IMG/VR virus record: IMGVR_UViG_3300035156_000206
Span: 124,001-188,000 of that record
Length of the DNA: 64,000 nucleotides
Direction: 5' to 3' (one strand)
How positions within the stretch are numbered: the first letter of the stretch is position 1; the number at the start of each line of letters is the position of its first letter. The notes under the pieces were generated by a model. It was given only the letters and a program-made list of their open reading frames with translations, ran no database searches and was not told the origin of the DNA. Position numbers and translations under genes: made by a program. Positions 59,153 through 64,000 of the stretch are shown piece after piece.

Positions 59153-59586
59153 TGGCATCAAAATTTAACCAAGGCTACTATGCAGCCAAGAATGTGGAGA
59201 AGTATGTTGGCGATCTGGACAAGATCCGATACATGTCATCGTGGGAGTTGAACTTCTTCAAGTTCCTCGATGGCAATCCAAATGTGCTACGTTGGAGCAG
59301 CGAGAACATCGCTATTCCTTACATGAAGCCAACAGACGGACGCATTCACAAGTACTATCCGGACATCTGGATTGAGTACCGTAACCGCGATGGCGAGATC
59401 TTACAGGAAATCCTGGAGATCAAGCCAAAGAGCCAAGTCACTTTAGGCAAACGCCCATCACAATACGAACAACTGCAATGGGCCGTGAACGTATCTAAAT
59501 GGAAAGCAGCACAAGCATTCTGCCAAGCCAAAGGGATTAAGTTCAGGATTTTAACAGAAGACGAGCTCTTCTCAAAGGGGAAGTAA
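59152..59586 (+). CDS. Head completion nuclease (T4 gp4-like)
   Basis: KYVGD..IRYMSSWE, WSSE, YYPD, EIKP, KWKAA, FRILTE. Confidence 0.92.
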   Translation: MASKFNQGYYAAKNVEKYVGDLDKIRYMSSWELNFFKFLDGNPNVLRWSSENIAIPYMKPTDGRIHKYYPDIWIEYRNRDGEILQEILEIKPKSQVTLGKRPSQYEQLQWAVNVSKWKAAQAFCQAKGIKFRILTEDELFSKGK

Positions 59587-59587
59587 C

Positions 59588-60046
59588 ATGGAAACAAAAA
59601 TCGTTGAGGTGCAATTTCAGCACCCTGCAGAACAAATATTCGATCTCGAGCCAGGGTCTACTGTAATTGACCAAGTGGTGACTACGTCTCCTCCCGAAGA
59701 GCAGCCTGTACAGTACGATGACAAGGACCAAGAGATTAATGATCAGCTCCAATTGGTATTCAACGCTGCATATGGCACGTTTGAATCTCAGCGGATGCTA
59801 ACAGAAGGAATGAACCCACAGTTTCAGAACCGTGCAATGGAAGTCGCCGCTCAGTTCCTAAATACAGCCTTGGCTGCAGTGAATGCAAAGAGTCAGTTCA
59901 AGCAGGCCAAAGACAAGATTGTCAAGCCTACCGGGAACGTCAATACCACAACTAACAACCTGATCATGGACCGGGACGATATGTTGAAGATGTTGATGGA
60001 ACAAAAAAAGAACGCAGAACGAATTATCGATCAAGAGGAACAATAA
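59588..60046 (+). CDS. Terminase small subunit (gp16-like)
   Basis: RAMEVAAQFL, TTNNLIMDRDDMLKML; upstream of TerL. Confidence 0.75.
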   Translation: METKIVEVQFQHPAEQIFDLEPGSTVIDQVVTTSPPEEQPVQYDDKDQEINDQLQLVFNAAYGTFESQRMLTEGMNPQFQNRAMEVAAQFLNTALAAVNAKSQFKQAKDKIVKPTGNVNTTTNNLIMDRDDMLKMLMEQKKNAERIIDQEEQ

Positions 60047-60047
60047 C

Positions 60048-60722
60048 ATGCCAGTAGCAGAACAACACATCTTAGTACAAGACACTGACGATCTCTTATT
60101 TGACTCATTCTTATCTGATGGGCCATTTGTAGACCACGTAGGCGAGACAGGGATGGCCTGGAACGCGGGTGTATTCGGTAATGACCAGGTGTCATCCAGT
60201 GGCGGATTGATTGTCAATGGTACTTTATACAGTCACTCATCTACCAATTTCGAACGGATTCAGGGTTATACCGACTTCGCCACTCCTCAGCGATACCAGA
60301 TAAGCTTTGAATTTGTCATTGGCAACCAACCAAATACTACATTCTTTGACTTGTATGGTCCTACTGAGGGAAACGGTCTGTATTCGTACTATGTATCGTT
60401 CCAGCCAGATGCAAACGATACCATGTACTTCTCCATCCAAAATAGTGGCGATGGTGGGTACTCTGCTGGCGACTTACCTTATACACCAGGCCAACACGTA
60501 CTGCGTGTCGAAATCGACAATCTTGCAGGCACCAAGACGGTACTATGGGACGACACAGAAGTCTGTTCTGTGAATGGTGGTAGTTATATCGCAGGTAACA
60601 TGGGCTTTATGATGGACATTGACGACCAAGAATCCGCAATGAGCATTGTTGCAATCAAAATGGGCCCTTTGGGTGAACCAGTGGATCCACCTTTCCTCGA
60701 CCGTCGGATGCTTGTTTTTTAA
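60048..60722 (+). CDS. Acidic beta-sandwich hypothetical protein
   Basis: GAGG RBS; lectin-like HVLRVEID..KTVLWDD pattern. Confidence 0.6.
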   Translation: MPVAEQHILVQDTDDLLFDSFLSDGPFVDHVGETGMAWNAGVFGNDQVSSSGGLIVNGTLYSHSSTNFERIQGYTDFATPQRYQISFEFVIGNQPNTTFFDLYGPTEGNGLYSYYVSFQPDANDTMYFSIQNSGDGGYSAGDLPYTPGQHVLRVEIDNLAGTKTVLWDDTEVCSVNGGSYIAGNMGFMMDIDDQESAMSIVAIKMGPLGEPVDPPFLDRRMLVF

Positions 60723-60771
60723 TATACAACAAATATGGTAACCCTCCGTTACCATCCAGGTATTTCCCAAT

Positions 60772-60804
60772 AAATAGGGCGATTTTGGGATCGCCCTATT
60801 TTTT
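60772..60804 (+). terminator. Terminator hairpin
   Basis: aaatagggcgat-tttggg-atcgccctattttt. Confidence 0.75.
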
Positions 60805-60808
60805 GGCC

Positions 60809-60816
60809 TATAAATA
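60809..60816 (+). promoter_or_regulatory. Late promoter TATAAATA
   Basis: Exact consensus upstream of TerL. Confidence 0.8.
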
Positions 60817-60842
60817 ACCTTACAATATATTATGAGGTTATC

Positions 60843-62375
60843 ATGGCAAGTAATGTCCAGAAAAACGCGTCAGCAGGCGTAGAGTACAATGGCGATAGGA
60901 TGCAAGAGCTCCTGCGCTGTGCAATGAGCGCGTCTTACTTCATCAACAAGTACGTCAAGATTCAGCACCCAATGAAAGGGCAGGTTCCATTTTCATTGTA
61001 TCCGTACCAATTTAAGATGCTCGAGACGATGCAGCACAATCGTAAGACCATCGTACTGTCTGCACGTCAGACTGGTAAATCACAAACCTCAGCAGCGTTT
61101 CTACTCTGGTACGCACTGTTCAATGAAGACAAGACTGTCTTGATTGCATCGAACAAGAACAGCAATGCGCTGGAGATGATCTCTCGTATCCGCTACATGT
61201 ATGAGACGGTCCCTGATTGGCTAAAGTCTGGAATCACTAAAGACGGGTGGAACAAACTGTCTGTAGGCTTTACCAATAAGTCCCGTATCATATCGACGGC
61301 TACTTCCGAATCATCGGGTCGAGGTCTTTCGATCTCCCTGCTGTTTTGTGACGAGTTAGCTTTCGTGAACCGCACAGTACAAGAAGAGTTCTGGAAATCG
61401 ATTTCCCCTACGCTGTCAACAGGTGGTGGTTGTATCATTTCGTCAACACCTAATGGTGAAGGTGACCTGTTTGCTAATCTGTGGCACGGTGCCGAGCTTG
61501 GTGCTACTGGAGCGTTCAAGCCTGTGTATGTAGCATGGGATGAACCACCGGGACGCGATGACTCATTCAAGGAAGAGAAGATTGCGGAACTAGGTATGCT
61601 CGCATGGCGACAGGAATTTGAGTGCGAATTCTTGACATCTGAAGCATTGCTGATCGACCCAATGTTCTTGCAGAACCTAGGAACAATCTGTAAGAAGATT
61701 GAACCTATCAAGCAAGAGATGGGCACAGACTGGTTCGATGTGCTGAAAGCGGATGGTACGTATCTGATGGGTGTAGATCCATCCACGGGTACAGGAAGTG
61801 ACTTTAGTGTCATTCAGGTATTTGAGTTTCCTACTCTAATTCAGGTTGCACAATTCCGATCAAATCTAGTATCATCTCCACAGCTGTATGGTGTGATGAA
61901 ATATATACTAAAAGAGATGGAGAAGATCAACGCAAAATGTTACTTCAGCGTTGAGAACAATGGTGTTGGTGAAGGTGTTATTGCGTTGTACCAGAATGAC
62001 GAGAACATGCCTGAATCAGGTCAGTTCATTTCTGAAGAAGGCAAGAACCGCATTGGTATGTCAACGACTACCCGCTCCAAGCTGAAGGCTTGTCTCAACT
62101 TCAAGTCGCTGCTGGAATCAGGCAAGATCACCATCAAGTCGTCACTGCTTGTAACAGAGCTGAAGATGTTCGCTACAGGCAAAGGTTCATACATTGCTCT
62201 GCCAGGCGGAACGGACGATATGGTTATGGCTTGTATGATTGTGGTGCGTCTGTTAAGCGAGATCGCTTCGTACGAACAAGAGGCTTTTGACAAGCTGTAT
62301 GTGTACTCGGAAGAGGAGATGCAGTTTGGAGATGATGAGGGCAGTATTGAAGAGCCACTCGGAATGATATTCTAA
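60843..62375 (+). CDS. Terminase large subunit (T4 gp17-like)
   Basis: LYPYQ, ARQTGKS, LLFCDELAF, ISSTPNG, QEFECEF, GVDPSTG, ENN, DDMVMA. Confidence 0.97.
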   Translation: MASNVQKNASAGVEYNGDRMQELLRCAMSASYFINKYVKIQHPMKGQVPFSLYPYQFKMLETMQHNRKTIVLSARQTGKSQTSAAFLLWYALFNEDKTVLIASNKNSNALEMISRIRYMYETVPDWLKSGITKDGWNKLSVGFTNKSRIISTATSESSGRGLSISLLFCDELAFVNRTVQEEFWKSISPTLSTGGGCIISSTPNGEGDLFANLWHGAELGATGAFKPVYVAWDEPPGRDDSFKEEKIAELGMLAWRQEFECEFLTSEALLIDPMFLQNLGTICKKIEPIKQEMGTDWFDVLKADGTYLMGVDPSTGTGSDFSVIQVFEFPTLIQVAQFRSNLVSSPQLYGVMKYILKEMEKINAKCYFSVENNGVGEGVIALYQNDENMPESGQFISEEGKNRIGMSTTTRSKLKACLNFKSLLESGKITIKSSLLVTELKMFATGKGSYIALPGGTDDMVMACMIVVRLLSEIASYEQEAFDKLYVYSEEEMQFGDDEGSIEEPLGMIF

Positions 62376-62384
62376 AGGAACAAG

Positions 62385-62921
62385 ATGTTACTAGTCGAAA
62401 TGACACACCTCCAACTGGACGAGATGACCACGTACCAGTTGGACCGAAGCACCCACACAGCGTTTGGAGACACTCGCGAAGCAAGTGCAGGCCGTACCCA
62501 AATTGGTAACATTGAGTTTTCATCCACAACTGCAAAGGGTAAGCAGCAGCTCGTGGTGAAGTCAACTGTAACGGGACCTACAGGAAAAAAGTACACGACC
62601 TTGATCATCTTTAAGAACGTCAAGTTCGAGCCGGAAGACACCCCACAGAACATCACCATACAAGGTGTGGATGGGCAACCTCTCCATATTGACCCATATA
62701 GCACTGGGATGTCTGATGTTCAGGTGCGTTGCGACTGTATGGACTTCTACTGGCGCTTTGCAAACTGGAACTTCAAGCACCACGCACTCTCGGGTGATAA
62801 ACCTCCTCCGTATGTGAAGGTGACAGATCGTCCTCCCGTCAATCCTCTCCAAAAAGCTGGTACGTGTAAGCACCTGTACAAGCTTGTTCAACAGATTCGC
62901 GCTAAGCAACTAATTGGCTAG
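62385..62921 (+). CDS. SWIM-type zinc-finger hypothetical protein
   Basis: VRCDCMDF...TCKHL. Confidence 0.65.
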   Translation: MLLVEMTHLQLDEMTTYQLDRSTHTAFGDTREASAGRTQIGNIEFSSTTAKGKQQLVVKSTVTGPTGKKYTTLIIFKNVKFEPEDTPQNITIQGVDGQPLHIDPYSTGMSDVQVRCDCMDFYWRFANWNFKHHALSGDKPPPYVKVTDRPPVNPLQKAGTCKHLYKLVQQIRAKQLIG

Positions 62922-62977
62922 CAAGTTGTTCCCTAGATGGGTCACACTAAATACAGTGATCTATTTAGGGAACACTA

Positions 62978-64000
62978 ATGAAACTAAAATTCCGCCAAGG
63001 CCTCGTTCGCTGCCAAACAGACAATAATAACAATCCTTTGTTCCTGCAACGCACGGGACATGCTGTTTCTCTGGTCGTATCACCTACCCCAACAATCGTC
63101 ACATTCGCTCACACCGATACAGACTATCTGTACACGGAAGGAAAGAATGTCCCTAGTGCTTGGCTAGGTCCTTTCCTTGCTGATAAAGATTATTGGCTGT
63201 ACTGGGATCTCAATATCATCACAGGACTGCGCACGTTCGGTCACACACTTCGCGCTCCAATCACATCAAGAACTCCTCCAGCACAGCCACTGGTGGATCA
63301 GCACTGGTTTGACTTAAACACAACATCAATGCGTGTGTGGAATGGTAACGTCTGGAATACTGTCATCCGCGTGTTTGCATGTAAGTATGCTCTAGGTACT
63401 GTGTTTGAAACAATGCTGAAGCCTCTGTCGAAGCAATTCACTGGCTCACAAGTGTCTCTTAATGTTCCATGCAAATCGGGAGCACTGATCTTCGATACGG
63501 TTGGAAAGCCCTTGAAGACGTCTACAAATACGTTCTTCACTACTGAAACGGGAGCTGCAGTATCCGGATTCGCAAGTGCCATCAACATCGCATCGTTGTT
63601 CAAGGAAGGTGAGGCTCAAGAAGTTATCCCAGCCTACTCAATGGTATACTTCTCAGGCTTCCACAAGCTCAAGCGTGCCAACAATAATACGTCACCGCTA
63701 ATCCCTGTTGGTATGGTCGAGACGGCGCTGACGCCTGGACAAGTTGGCCAAATGGTAACCGAAGGTTTGGTGGTTAGTGATCAATGGAATTGGACCACTG
63801 TCAACCAGCCTCTGTACATTGGAGTCAATGGGGAACTTACCGTAACACAAATGCAGCCTGATCAAGGTCCAATCGCATTCGTTATGTCACCTGACTCTGT
63901 TATGATCATTCGCACACAGTTATCACGTGGCGATCGAGGTAACGATGGTGTGATTGGTGTAGACGGAGCTGATGGTGCCCCAGGTCCCATTGGACCACAA
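62978..64000 (+). CDS. Virion structural/fibre protein, 3'-truncated (collagen repeat begins at the window end)
   Basis: Open frame MKLKFRQGL...GADGAPGPIGPQ; late promoter; Trp repeat QHWFDLNTTSMRVWNGNVW. Confidence 0.75.
   Translation, partial: MKLKFRQGLVRCQTDNNNNPLFLQRTGHAVSLVVSPTPTIVTFAHTDTDYLYTEGKNVPSAWLGPFLADKDYWLYWDLNIITGLRTFGHTLRAPITSRTPPAQPLVDQHWFDLNTTSMRVWNGNVWNTVIRVFACKYALGTVFETMLKPLSKQFTGSQVSLNVPCKSGALIFDTVGKPLKTSTNTFFTTETGAAVSGFASAINIASLFKEGEAQEVIPAYSMVYFSGFHKLKRANNNTSPLIPVGMVETALTPGQVGQMVTEGLVVSDQWNWTTVNQPLYIGVNGELTVTQMQPDQGPIAFVMSPDSVMIIRTQLSRGDRGNDGVIGVDGADGAPGPIGPQ

Overview
This window is a 64-kb segment of a large T4-superfamily myophage, probably a jumbo phage, read in the standard genetic code. 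It holds the replication and recombination genes (end of a family-B DNA polymerase, sliding clamp, RNase H/5' exonuclease, gp47/gp46 Mre11-Rad50, RuvC resolvase) and the gp55 late sigma factor. It also holds nearly the whole morphogenesis module: baseplate, tape measure, portal, protease, scaffold, major capsid, neck, sheath, tube and terminase. Late genes carry (TA)TAAATA promoters, and accessory genes carry sigma70-type promoters. Main observations beyond the gene list: (1) a 500-bp non-coding element after ruvC, where an RNA-like fold is followed by DNA-specific hairpins (GNA triloops, tandem sheared G-A pairs) on opposite strands, a candidate origin or ncRNA-ssDNA element; (2) two stand-alone mimics of virion proteins known to trigger host immunity, namely the Gol region of the major capsid protein and a catalytically dead terminase ATPase copy; (3) a -1 slippery site joining the gp26-like gene to the next ORF; (4) repeated hairpins that couple a late promoter to a sequestered RBS; (5) a collagen/esterase cassette flanked by direct repeats; (6) an RlmN/Cfr-like radical SAM plus DUF4419 operon. 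All assignments come from reading motifs and gene order by eye. No searches were run.
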